Source: Phoronis australis (Eukaryota; Animalia; Phoronida). From it: 64,000 nt of DNA. The first letter of the stretch is position 1. Every line of letters starts with the position of its first letter. The notes beneath the pieces were generated by a model. The model made no database searches. It was not told where the DNA came from and worked only from the letters and a program-made list of their open reading frames with translations. Where the stretch lies: NCBI GenBank assembly GCA_002633005.1, contig NMRA01000097.1, positions 446,686-510,685 of the forward strand, read 5' to 3'. This document shows, piece by piece, positions 1-11,557 of the stretch. Position numbers and translations under genes: made by a program.

Positions 1-114
1 TCCGTTAAACGTCAGGTACCATCGGGAACATCCGGGTGAGCCGTGCTGTCGCAGATCTCCGTTGAACTGTACCGCTAGCATACTCTGAGATGATCTCTTG
101 GTGTATGTGGCCCA
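1..114 (-). CDS. Main gene, exon 11 (partial): middle exon of third CTHRC1-type domain
   Basis: ttctgcAG acceptor at 116-115, phase 0, WATYTKRSSQSMLAVQFNGDLRQHGSPGCSRWYLTFNG; matches the CTHRC1 C-terminal pattern TFTK...L.V.F.G.LR...C.RWYFTFNG. Truncated by the window edge. Confidence 0.88.
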
Positions 115-497
115 CTGCAGAACACATGAGTCGTACAAGAACATCTCATTAAAGAACTAGCTGAACGACATACCATAGTGTGGAAATGAGCACAAGTAGG
201 TCATGCTTTAGACAACACCTAGCTACTCAGTTGGCCGGATAGGGGTAACATGCATAATACTCCCCCTAAGCTTTCAGTACTGATTTTGTCCCGTGCACTT
301 TAAACGGGAGGTAGGCGAAATCCACTAACCGACTATGAGATATTCACAACATAAAATATACCTTTACTTTTAAATTTGTCATTTAAATGCGCTTACTTTG
401 CAGTGATCTTTTCTTGTTCTAAACATATCTCCGAGGAAACATTGCGAAACCTAATTGGCAAAGAATTCGAATTCCAAATTTTGGTCGCCGTTAACTG
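1..497 (+). repeat. Segmental duplication, copy A (copy B at 63504-64000)
   Basis: Ungapped alignment at offset 63503; 16 substitutions in 497 bp counted by eye (about 97% identity). Confidence 0.97.
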
Positions 498-1950
498 GGG
501 CGTGACCCTTGAAAAATGGAATGGGACGATAAGGTGGAGTTTGTGTCGCTTTTACTTTTTGTTCGTGATTCCACGTATTTTCCTCAAAATGACACCCGCT
601 GTGGGAATCTCGGGCTGACCGCTAACGATTTTCATCGATATGTGTAAGTCATGTTGACTAAATGGTATCCAGAGGCATGACATGTGTTAACTAAAATCCC
701 ATGTGCATGTAACCATGTTTCATTTGATAGTATTCGCTGTATTTTGAGTAATTCTAAAGGGGTGTACTATCGCCCCCTTCGCCAGCTATATTCAGGGCGA
801 TGTTAATGCTCAGTCACGCTCAGGTTTTTCAAGCCCATATCTATTTTTAAAACTGCAGCTCTTATGACCACGAACGAAATGGCATGTGCGTTGCAGCACG
901 CCAGTTAAGCATCTCATTCTGCCTTGCACGGAAGATTTTTGATGAATAACAAAAAGGATATGCACTGCATACATTTTTAGAACTTCGTAGCACTAAAGTA
1001 GAAAGTCTGCCTGTTTGCGTGATTCTAAACAATCCACGTCCTGCCCCTCCATTAATGCACCATTGGCATTCACAAAAGCAGGTTTAAATTAAAAGTCATG
1101 CTTACTGAGTCAAAAGAATGGCTCCAAATGTTTGAGATTTGACGGGTGTACAAAATCATAGGGTCGTGGACTGTAGCGGAAAATTCCATGAGTACATTCT
1201 CTTGTCAATTTATTGTATTCATGTATCCCAAGTAAATAATTCAGATTCATGTTTTAAGTTACGCTTATATGGAAAAACGATGTTTACGAGGATTAAACTA
1301 TCAATTATGTTGAACAGTAAAAGGCAGTAGATAAAAATATTTACCAATCACAAACTGATAAACCTTGTTCTGTTACACGTGGTAGTCAGAAATTGAACAT
1401 CTACAGTAAGTATTAGAGTAAGAAGCCCTTGACACATACACGTAGGCAAAACTGCCGTCAAAACGTCTTTACCCAAGTTTCCTTTACTACCATTTTAAAA
1501 TAAGTCCCATGTTTAAGACCTTAGTTTAACAAAAATAAATTAGTCTATTAAGATGTCTGAGATAATGCTTTGCTCAGTAATAATGCGCTGCGCACGTTCT
1601 CCGACTCATCCATTTTTTCTGAAAAATTACGCAGGAACGTTTTACATTTGAAAAGTACACCTTTGGATCAGGTTCAGCACAATAAAGTACCCAAGAAACA
1701 TTTAAAAGCTCCTACAGTTCACGACTCACCGCCTATCACAGGGCAATACCCCGTATTTAGTTTTAAAGAGCTGGATTAGAAAGTTGTTGACAGTATTTGT
1801 TTATTATACTTTTAACCGTTGTTGTTGTTGCACTTGGCCGTTTTGGAAAACATGACTTTCACTGTTTTATTTTTAGACATCAACAGAATTTACTGAGTGT
1901 TTTTAAAGTAACTATTAAAAACGATGTTGAACAACGTTTGAAGACCTCAA

Positions 1951-3320
1951 CAGCCGATTTCATGAAGTGGTTTAAAGTTAAACCTTGTTTAAGCTGGACT
2001 TAGAGCAGGTTTAAAGATAATCTGCATTCCATAATGCTGGTTTAACTTTTAGACCAGTGGTCTACTAAAACCTGATTTAACTCTAGTAAAGACATGGTCT
2101 AAATCAGTTTTCATTTCCCCAGCGAGGTCTATACTCCTTAGACCTGCATTAAAATCGTAAACCAAGTTGAACTTTATACTTGGACAGACCCATGTTTAAT
2201 ACTATTTGAATATGACAGACTTTTGCTATATAGGTGCAACTGAATGATGCCGTGGTGTGCACTTCCAACGCAGTCTTAGAGCGAGGACAGACCAATTTCA
2301 ATATTCAGTTTTAGAACGACACAAGATCAAACGTAACAGGGGGATCAGGAACTTTTATAGGGGGGGTCGGCACAAAGATTATTTAAAAGGAGTGTCTGGC
2401 TCAACAATTTGAAAATTATAGATTAGATATCACTGAAATTAAAGGAAAAGGGGGGGCCCGGACCCCCCCCCCTCTTGACACCCTGGATCCACCTATACGT
2501 AGACCAGCACGTACTGAAGGGTGTAATTCGGATTCCTCAGAAGTTGACGGGTCGAGCAGAGCGTCATCGTCGCAAGCGCAACGCGTATGACTGAAAAAGG
2601 CATCTAAGGATTCTTCTGACCGAGTTGAGTCTCAATTGGTCCTCGATTAAGGTTGTCGGGCAGGGTCCTCCCCCCCCCCCCTTGGCCGCAAAAAGAAGTA
2701 AAATGACACGGAACTATGTGTTTGAATTTACTTTGTTGCGGCTAATTGTGAGCAAGTACTTTAATGTGTGTATATGTTGGGCACAGAATGAAAAATATCT
2801 CCTCATGGTATCCTAGATCTGCCACTGGATCCCTCACCGATGTTCTGGGCATTTTTTCACTGATGAAATTTTGTTCCTTGCCTTTATTATGGAGCAAATT
2901 CTCTCCGAGCCTGCTGACTTTATTTGGCACCATATCACTTGTTCTTAATGACATTTGCTTTTCCTGTCATCGGTTATGGGAGGGAACATTTTTCCTCGTG
3001 AGAAAAGATTTCAGCCCTTTTCCGCAAATGTCTTCAATGATTCTACTGCTGTGTGCCATTGTGTACCCACGTGATCAAGGTTTCGTTGAATCATTCCAAT
3101 AGCTTCTCGGTTGAGTTAATCCGGACCAACACACTGAGGTGGCTTGAATACTTAAACCTGGTTTTACTAAATCCGCTTTATGGTCTAAGAAAACCAGGCT
3201 TTCAGACTTTTATACCATGTTGGCGAAATGCATGTTAGGAGTAAAATTAGACCAGGTTTAGGAAGACCATGGTTACAGAATAAACCTGGTTATAAAAAAA
3301 CACCTTTGTGAAATCGGCTG
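1951..3320. mobile_element. Decayed PIF/Harbinger-like DNA transposon
   Basis: TIR CAGCCGATTTCA at 1951 and TGAAATCGGCTG ending 3320; 3-bp TSD CAA on both sides; minus-strand Myb/SANT-like remnant (RKRAEIFSHEEK) near 2990-3030. A second copy of the left end lies at about 50518-50796. Confidence 0.7.
2336..2496. mobile_element. MITE with 5-bp TSD (ACGTA), nested in the Harbinger element
   Basis: Imperfect TIR acagggggatc-agg / cctggatccacctat; ACGTA at 2331-2335 and 2497-2501. Confidence 0.65.
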
Positions 3321-3523
3321 CAACTGTTACGCTCAATGGTTTCTTACAAATACATGTATCCAATACGGGTTGCAATATACCAGCCACTCGGTCCACTGGT
3401 CGAAATTGTTGTCTAGGAAAGAGAAAAAGCCGTCAATACAATCCACTAAGATTTCACATAAATATGTAATATATATGCTCTGTGCGCATGCGGACCCTCG
3501 TTACGACTAGACTATTTACTCAC

Positions 3524-3630
3524 AGCACGTTCGATATGCCCGTTGTCTGTATCATCATTCAACGCCCACCAACTCCATTGGTGAAAGTTGTACTCGGGCA
3601 ATCGTTGGGTGCTACCGTCTCTTGTCACAA
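3524..3630 (-). CDS. Main gene, exon 10: N-terminal exon of third CTHRC1-type domain
   Basis: AG...GTGAGT, phase 1-0, 107 nt, VVTRDGSTQRLPEYNFHQWSWWALNDDTDNGHIERA (compare CTHRC1 [21 protein letters not shown]). Confidence 0.85.
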
Positions 3631-3713
3631 CTGTTGACAAATAGATTACCGTGTAGTAGTAATACACTTCATTCACCCCGACAAAAATACATTTGATACA
3701 GATTTACGCTTAC

Positions 3714-3743
3714 GGAGACTCCGTGAAGTACCCGAAGGTTCCA
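3714..3743 (-). CDS. Possible 30-nt linker mini-exon of the main gene
   Basis: AG...GTAAGC, phase 1-1, VEPSGTSRSL; frame-neutral, weak polypyrimidine tract, 83-nt intron to exon 10. Confidence 0.3.
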
Positions 3744-3849
3744 CTGACCACGTAGCCACCACAGAATGAAACATACAGTGTTACAGACAATCAGAATTAC
3801 AAAAAATTAGGTGATAATGAAATTTAAAACTACTTGTAAAAAGACTAGG

Positions 3850-4510
3850 AGTGATTATCGAAAATAGTTACACACAAAGCAGTTGGAAATAGTGCACTCA
3901 CGTTCATAACTTTCAAAACAAACATTCTTAAAATAATTTATAACAGAGAGTAACGAATGGGTAAACAGTTTTTGGGAGACACTTTCAGGAAGGTTAATAG
4001 TGATATGGGGTGGGGTATTGCGAAGTGAATCTTCAGCACAACAAGGAGTTTGTAGAAGGTGCCGTTGCCTAGTGTAAAGTTTATTACAGACACACGGGTT
4101 AATAAATTGAACGTGTTAAAAATGAAGATAAGTAATTAAGAACATATTAGTAGAAAAATTTAATAATAGCAACAACATACAACTTGTTTTTTTGAGTATC
4201 TGTGTAGTCTTAAATAAACTTAAGAATCTGTATGGGCATTAAAATAACTAGAGGTAATACCGAGAATAACCTTTTCTGTAATTTGAAAATTCTATGATGT
4301 TCACACCCCCATAGTAGAATGTCATAATTAAAATGAGGAAGGACAAAACCATTATATACACTTTTTAACGTTTCAAAGGGCAAGAAATGTTTTATGTTAT
4401 TAAGAACACCACAGAATCTGTTTATCTTTCTCAACAAATCGTTTATGTGTGGACTCCATAACAAGTTTTGTTGATGGTAACACCAAGTAAATTGAAAGAG
4501 CGACCTCAAA
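3850..4510 (-). mobile_element. Truncated CR1/L2-like LINE, ORF2 C-terminal fragment
   Basis: ORF 4210-4509 LLWSPHINDL...FLPFETLKSVYNGFVLPHFNYDILLWG...KLQKR is the typical post-RT region of CR1-group LINEs; frameshifted continuation downstream. Boundaries approximate. Confidence 0.85.
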
Positions 4511-4802
4511 CCGTGTACAAGACATTACCCAACAACCAGAGCCAAAACTGCATCAGCCTAACTACGTATGGTTTTATTAAGTTTACACAGTATTCAGAAA
4601 CCTATTTACAATACGGAATCGGCACTCATTAGGCAGTATCATTTTTCTCTATACGTAAACAACAACGCAAGCAATATTGTGACGTGTATGAAGGAATGTT
4701 ACGTGTTCTAATGAAGCCAAGAACAGATAAAACAAGTACAAAGGTACACCGTATAGCGTCAGTTCAGAATTGAAAATCCATGTATATTTTAAACAGCAGT
4801 AC

Positions 4803-4958
4803 CTGCACTTATGTCAAGGTTATAGCGAATTTCTTCCACTATAATTTTGCTTACGGAGTTCCAGCCCGTAGAGCCGTATATAGTAGAGCCCGCTGTTCTG
4901 GCAATATGGATTTGAATGGATCTTAACCCTGCTTTGATGTTGTCGCACAAACCTTCAA
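4803..4958 (-). CDS. Main gene, exon 9: C-terminal exon of second CTHRC1-type domain
   Basis: AG...GT, phase 1-1, 156 nt, IEGLCDNIKAGLRSIQIHIARTAGSTIYGSTGWNSVSKIIVEEIRYNLDISA (compare human CTHRC1 VEGLCEGIGAGL...STGWNSVSRIIIEE). Confidence 0.92.
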
Positions 4959-5467
4959 CTACAACAAGAAATCAAGTCCATTGCTTTTTCGATGAATCAG
5001 AACAGAACACGCGTAACCTCAATGCAGCGACATGATACAACACTTCATGTCATTGACATGTCGTTCGCACATGCGCTGCCATACTTTAAATTTAGTCTGT
5101 AGACAGATGGCAAAGGTAAGCAGTGATGGGTTGCCAGCTCATGAAATGTTTTCATGGTGGAGCTAGGAGAATGTTGCATTCAATGTGCTTTTGTATATGT
5201 AATCGTTTAATTCAATTGTTTTGTTTGGGAAGACATGGAGGTGGGAATTGCAAATTCTCTTCACTGGCATCAAAACGAGACAATACCGACCCTTTAATTG
5301 ACATTGAGAAATAGTTGTTGTTCATTTCTCAAACTTTAACAGATACTACAAAACGCCCGACTTAAGTCCTGTGACCGGTTGCATGAAACACTCCCAAATG
5401 GGGACTCCACCGGGTTTATTCAATCTTTTGTGTATTTGTTTCGTTCTACCCTCAAAGTTATAATATT

Positions 5468-6910
5468 TTATACCACAATATTAGCCTAGATTGGCAGATA
5501 CAATCGTGTAATAACCCATAAAGTTATCTCACTAGTGAGATAACGATTTGGCGGGAAACCGAGGACGGAGTCCAACCCGGGACCCTGCAATTGGTGGTCG
5601 CCGACCACTACACCATGCAGCGACTGACGTCATCAAGAGTGAAAATAGAATACTTAAATGAGCACGCGCAATAATCGCATGTTCAACAAACCGCATTGTG
5701 CTGTACTGTACTTATACGCTACAAAAAATAAGACACATAATTTCCATAAAAATGATATCTTAATTCCGTGAATTTTTTCTCTCATGTCCTCGTACTTCTA
5801 AATCACCCATCTCCAGTTTGAATGCAGGTATCGTGTCTTCAAGATCTTTGACTTGAGATTTATATTCAGTTACCACTGGTAACCTACTTTAGCAGGCGAT
5901 AATTTCCCGGTCGAAGCTTAGCGTGAAAAAACGTGTTTTAAGCTATAATAGTTGGTAAACCTTAATTTATAAATTCAATTTATTTCTATTATATTTAAGT
6001 TTTCAATTGGTTTTGAGTAAAATCATTATTTGACAAAAATGCCCTGCTTTTCTTAAAAGGTCACGACCTCCGACCCCGGGCCTCTGACATACAAAGTAGT
6101 TACAAAGCCGTGGAGAGTTAGAAAAGGTAAATCGATTCATTGCAATGTTTCTCGTTCAGTATGTGGTATAAATAGATTATTACATGTTCTCGGCCGTTAT
6201 CCCCTTATCTAGAGCCCTTTTGGATTTTGGAGAATTATCACCCTCGTGGCTAACGCCACTCTGGCGATAATTCTCCAAAATCAACTCGGGCTCTAGATAA
6301 CGGGGGATAACGACTTCGCCATGTAACAATCTATACTTATACAACAATATTAGCCTCGAATGGCAGATACAACCGTGTATAAAGTTATCTCACTAATGAG
6401 ATAACATTTTGGCGGGAAACCAAGGCCGGATTCGAACCCGGGCCTCATCAGTTGCGAGTCGCCGACTTTACCACTACACCATTCAGCGGCTGACGTCATC
6501 GAACGTGAAAATAGAATACTTAAATGAGCACGCGCAGCAATTGCATGTTCAGCAAAGTGCATTGCACCGACAATTATACGCTATAAGACGCATAATTTCC
6601 ATAAAAACGATATTTTAATTCAGTGAAATTTTCTCTCGTGTTCTCTCACTTCTAAATTACCGATCTCCAATTTGAATGCAGGTATCGTGTGGTCGGGATC
6701 CTTTGACTTGAGCATTATAGTCAGTTACTAGTGGTAACCTGCTTTAGCAGACGATATATTCCCGGTTGAAGCTTAGCGTGATAAAATGTGTAGTAAGCTA
6801 TAACAGTTGCTAAACCTTAATTTATAGGCTCACAGTCGTTATCCCCCTTATCTAGACCACGAGTGGATTTTGGAGAATTATCGCCCGAGGGGCCATGTAA
6901 TAATCTGTAT
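5468..6910. repeat. Two tandem copies of an unclassified repeat with a tRNA-like head and palindromes
   Basis: About 5475-5970 is similar to about 6342-6825; each has a minus-strand tRNA-like segment; 165-bp foldback at 6171-6335; related fragment at about 44790-45050. Confidence 0.8.
6410..6490 (-). repeat. tRNA-derived (SINE-like) head, not a functional tRNA
   Basis: A box TGGTGTAGTGG and B box GGTTCGAATCC; anticodon and acceptor stems do not pair properly; more decayed copy at about 5549-5623. Confidence 0.65.
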
Positions 6911-7137
6911 TTATCTATCACTTCATCTTTACCATGAGCTTCTCTGTAACTGATGTCATTTTCTAATAATATAACTAAAGACTCAGCCATTACTTCAGTA
7001 AAAAATAGTAAAGTGAGACTTAGTCCTTAGATTAGGTGCGTTACATGGAGAGATCCCTATTTATTTTCAATGATCTTGAGAATTCATCTTAAATTTCAAT
7101 CTCCATTTGTATCAAAGCCAAATGTTGACTTACTTAA

Positions 7138-7746
7138 AGGAGAAGGCAACGGCTACCTATTTCATGTCATTTTGAGAAAAAAGGTTCGTTGATTATTCTA
7201 GACATATTTTTGAGTGAATTACAGTTTTGGCAATTTAAACAATTACTCGTCCTCTACTCCGGAAGTGACGTTTTGGAGGCAAGAATTTCGGGCCAATTTA
7301 TTTCCAAATGGTCTAACTGTGAGAGCTGCCGAGTCAGTCATTCTTCTATCTCGGTTGTGGTAAGTTCGGTCGTTGTTTGTTTTTGTTTATGAGTCAGTCA
7401 ACATGCCACACTGTTGCTGCGCACCGGGATGTACTCATTATCGTCACACGGACAGAAGAACAACTGTCCCACTTACCCGCACGCAGCAACAGTGTGGCAT
7501 GTTGACTGACTCGTAAACAAAAGCAAACAACGACCGAACTTATCACAACCGAGATAGAACAATGCATGACTAGGCAGCTCTCACAATCAGACCACCGAAA
7601 TTCTTGCCTCCCAAAACGTCAGTTCCGGAGTAGAGAACGAATAATTAATTAAATTACGAAAAGCTGCAATTAAGTGAAAAATATGTCTGAGATAATCAAC
7701 GATCCTAATTTCGCTAAAAATGACACGAAAAAGGTTGCCTTCCCCT
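7138..7746. mobile_element. Non-autonomous Kolobok-like foldback element
   Basis: TTAA on both sides (7134-7137, 7747-7750); termini AGG...CCT; long (about 280 bp) inverted arms, each carrying the start of a THAP ORF (MPHCCCAPGC at 7403); related to 51390 onward. Confidence 0.8.
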
Positions 7747-7944
7747 TTAACAGATTCAAACAACAGAACGAATGGGGAATCAGTGTTTTTTCCGACACAC
7801 GAATACGCAGTAGATTTAGTAGTGTCCATACTTGGGAGTGTTTCATGCAACCGTGTACTGAAGCTCTAGTCTGGACGCGTGGGCTTCACGACAAAGGTTC
7901 GACAAAGCATTTGTGAGATACACTGTATCTTCCAGTTCACTTAC

Positions 7945-8146
7945 TAACTCCAGTTCCATCCAAGGTACGGTCAACCATTCGTTTTTCAGAGTGGGAGAAA
8001 ATACCATCTATGACACCAGGGCTTGTGCAATCATGGCCGTCAAAACGAATATAGTAGTACAGACAGCCATATCGGTGCAAGGTGATACTGGATTGAAAAA
8101 GAACACGAATAGCAGAGTCTGCTGCTCTCTTAAAGTAGTGGTACGA
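7945..8146 (-). CDS. Main gene, exon 8: middle exon of second CTHRC1-type domain
   Basis: tttcAG...GTAAGT, phase 0-1, 202 nt, SYHYFKRAADSAIRVLFQSSITLHRYGCLYYYIRFDGHDCTSPGVIDGIFSHSEKRMVDRTLDGTGV. Confidence 0.9.
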
Positions 8147-9507
8147 CTGAAATACAACAGGAGGCAGTGTGAGGCAAGAAACGCAGTAAAGGAGTTTCCA
8201 AGTTTTGGGTTACTTAGGGTTACCCAAAAAGTTACCCAAACCGTTGCTCCTTGAACATTATATTACTACTAAAGCATACATTTCAAAATTACTGTGAGTG
8301 GATGTCATTTCTACCAGAACAATAATGTTGCCGTTTCATGGTGTTTCTAAATTCGCTTTAGTGTTCCCCGTTTCCGTGCAATAGCATTAAATTTATAGGA
8401 AGCGAACTAAGCTGTCAATCACTGGAGTGCATTTGTCACTTGAGATGCATGTTGTTGGTGCTTGCAGTGGTTCCACTATACAGTGTGTTAACTACAACCA
8501 CGCTATTCCAATCAAACAGATGTTGCAATGCTGTCAGTTACCGAAGAATAAAAATATAAAATCGTAAAGCTACGTAAAACTAAAATGACGAGCGCCGGTA
8601 CTAAAATATATTAAAATATCCCCACGTATCGAGCGATGCGCTCTTTCTCAAGGGTGTACTACAGACTGCTGAATACATGTGGATAGAACTAAAATGAAAT
8701 GGCACAGGGGACCTCATAGTGACATGCAATAAACGTGTCATACGCAGGCCTGCCCCACTTGTAGTTGTCATGTCCTTTTTTGTTCATATTGTTCACGGTT
8801 ATCGTATGTTGGATGGTGATTTTTCAAAATACATGTATATCTGGTTAACATACAACAGTGACGTTTTAAGGTAAATCCACGAATTCTCCCTTAGTAGTGC
8901 GTCTGGATTGTGGCCTGACAACTTGACAATACAAGGAACACAGTGAAGCAACTGACAGTAAGACCAAAAAGTTTTCAAAGTTTTTGCTTATAGAGTAACA
9001 TGGGGCAAACCGCCCCTATTAAGCAAGAATCTGTTTGTCTTCCTCCATAGGTTTCAGAAATACTTCGAAATAACTGCATTTGATTTCGGTTAGATTGCTC
9101 TACATTATATCACAAAATGATGCCGATATTCTTAATCTAAAAAATCACAGATCAAAAACTAAAGAATTAAATTTGGCCTTTTTGCCCCATGCTCGGGGCA
9201 AAACGCCTTTTCACAGGGGGCAAGAGGTCTGGCATGGGCGTTATGCCCCATATGTGATTGACACAGTACCCCAAGTATGCACAGCTAAAATATACTTTCT
9301 ATAAAAGTTTAATAATATCAATTTTATGAGTGGTTAAGTCGTGTTAAGTTGAACAGTAAAATGCCAATCTTTAAGTACTGCATTCTAAGAAGCTGGTGTA
9401 TTTATAGAAATAAGCACATCATAAGAAATGCGCATTACTTTATTCAACAAAGCAAAAAATCTAGCTTATCTATCAAATTTATCACAACACGTTAACAGTC
9501 GCTATAA

Positions 9508-9650
9508 TTATTCGCAGATGGGAAACACGATGATGAGTAAATCAGGTGTGCAGGCCTCATGTGCCCAGTTGTGGCATTTCTGGCACTGCAGCCACAGTTC
9601 CCGAGGTGTTGAGCAACTGTATGACTCTCCGAACACCACACACATCTCGT
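9508..9650 (-). pseudogene. PHD finger at the transposase C-terminus
   Basis: MCVVFGESYSCSTPRELWLQCQKCHNWAHEACTPDLLIIVFPICE*: C4HC3 pattern with two Cys replaced by Phe. Confidence 0.8.
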
Positions 9651-9869
9651 CATTCTCTCGGGTCTCTGCTAGTCTTTTCTTGTGTTTTTTTTTCTTCGCT
9701 GACTGGGATGTTTTCTTTCCCTTTTTTCCTCTAGCTTTCTCTTTTAGGGTGATGAAGTGGCTACAGCCGCTGCTTCTGCCCTCGATGTCGAGTGCCGAGA
9801 TGAGCTCGGCAATGGCGACAGTTGTCTTATGATGTCTTCGATTTCCTCTTGCTCAAGAACTCTCTTGTA

Positions 9870-10350
9870 CTGCAGAACACATGTATAGTGACCAACATCG
9901 TCACCAATCCTTGTAATTCGTACAATGAGGGGCTGCTTCTCAGGCTTTCCGATTCCGAATTGTGCGATAACAGCGTCGTCAGAATTCAGCACGGTGATGT
10001 TATTTTCAATCACTTTGCTTAATGCCGCCAACTCTAGTTTTCCTGGCATACACGTCGGGTCAGCTAAGGCAGCTATGCTTTCTTTCATCGAGTTGTATTG
10101 CAGTTCCCTCGGTAGGTCCCCATTGATTACCTCCGTATTCAACCCCTCATATTCATCGATGTTCTGGCACATGCAATTGATCACTTTCCCTCTCAGACCA
10201 TCAGCTTGGGTAGTCTCTTATAAATCCATGATAGGATCTAACGGTCGTCCATGCTGATCTCTCTCCGCATCTTGGAGATACATCTCCATAGAGATTACCA
10301 AACTGCAGAAAAGACAGCGTCCATCCCCCGACGTTTGTATTTCTCTAACC
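9870..10350 (-). pseudogene. OTU-family cysteine protease domain within the transposase
   Basis: Cys box SGDGRCLFCSL (Cys codon 10314-10316), PGKLELAALSKV helix, His box VGHY (His codon 9888-9890); one in-frame stop. Confidence 0.82.
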
Positions 10351-11397
10351 GTCGACGGTATTTCGACGGCGTTCTACGTCAGTGAGTCTGCCAATACCAC
10401 AGCAGGCGAGCAGCATCTTGTTCTTCCTTCGAGATCACCATGAAGGACCCTTCAAAGTCTTCATCTCCAAACACATTTAGGTCAAAAAGCCATAACCCGC
10501 AAGCCAGAAAGCCATTTACTAATCTCGCAGTCGGGGACGGCTGTGAGAAGAAATGCTTTGCCTGATAGTGCTGCAGTTTCGTAAATAGTGATTCTCCCCC
10601 TGTGTTGGCCGTCATCCAGCTGTCAGCCTCTGCATTAAAGGCGGCCTTTAAGGATTTGTAGTAACATCGGTCAAATGGTTGTAATTTGTTTGTGCAATGC
10701 GGTGGAAACGTTATCAGTTCTATGCCTTTATCGCGACAATAGTCGTCTGCTTGAAGCGTTTTGTGACAATGGTGCCCGTCTAATAAAATAATGTGAGGAC
10801 TTTCCTTCGAACAGTTCGTCATTTTCTTAAAATGTTCCAGCCATTCACAAAACAGATCTGCATTTGTCCTTCCACTGCGACTGGCGCGCTTGACTGACAG
10901 TGGAGGAGCATTATTCATTAAGCTCTCCTGCATTCGCCTTCTGGGAAATATATACATAGGGGGTGCATGTACCGGAAGCACTACATACACAACTCAAGTG
11001 ACTAGTGCTCCTCTTTCACGACTTGTTATTCTCCCAACCTGACGAACGCCTTTGCAAGCCATTACTTTCCGTGCTTGCTGGACCGTTGTGAAACCTGGTC
11101 TCATCCATATTCCAAATCCTTGATGGCAAGTAATTGTGCTCATTTAGACAATCCTGGAGTACGCTGTAAAAGCCAGAAACTCGCTGTTTATTAAACCGCA
11201 AAACCCTGGACATACTTGCGCCCGTGGGTTTTCTCAAACTGAGGTCGTGTCGCCTGAAGAAAACCTTTGCCCAGTCTGTTCCTGCCAACTTGGTTGTCTT
11301 GTTGAAGGGATGATCAAGGCCGTTTCAGTGACATCGAAAGCAAGTCTGCGCAAGTCATGCATGCACAGCCCGAACAAACGACGCTGCATTCCCTCTA

Positions 11398-11557
11398 CAG
11401 TGGCGGATCTAGAGTGGGCCCAAGGGGGGCATGCCCCCCCTAAAACTCTCCTAGATTCGATTTGGCAATTCGAGGGTGTGAATTTCTGACGGGCAAAATC
11501 CTGGCTAATACTCTGCCCTGCCCCCCCCCCTAACTAAAAATCCTGGATCCGTCCCTA
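11398..11557. mobile_element. MITE with 5-bp TSD (CTCTA) inserted in the pogo transposase
   Basis: TIR CAGTGGCGGATC / GATCCGTCCCTA; TSD at 11393-11397 and 11558-11562; removal restores THVEGMQRRLFGL; same family as 25639-25794. Confidence 0.9.

Noticed and set aside
3714-3775. CUB-domain-like start FCGGYVVSGTFGYFTESP on the minus strand
   Set aside because: No splice acceptor upstream in that frame and no continuation of a CUB domain.
6410-6490. Functional tRNA gene
   Set aside because: A and B boxes are present but the stems do not pair, and it lies within a repeated element.
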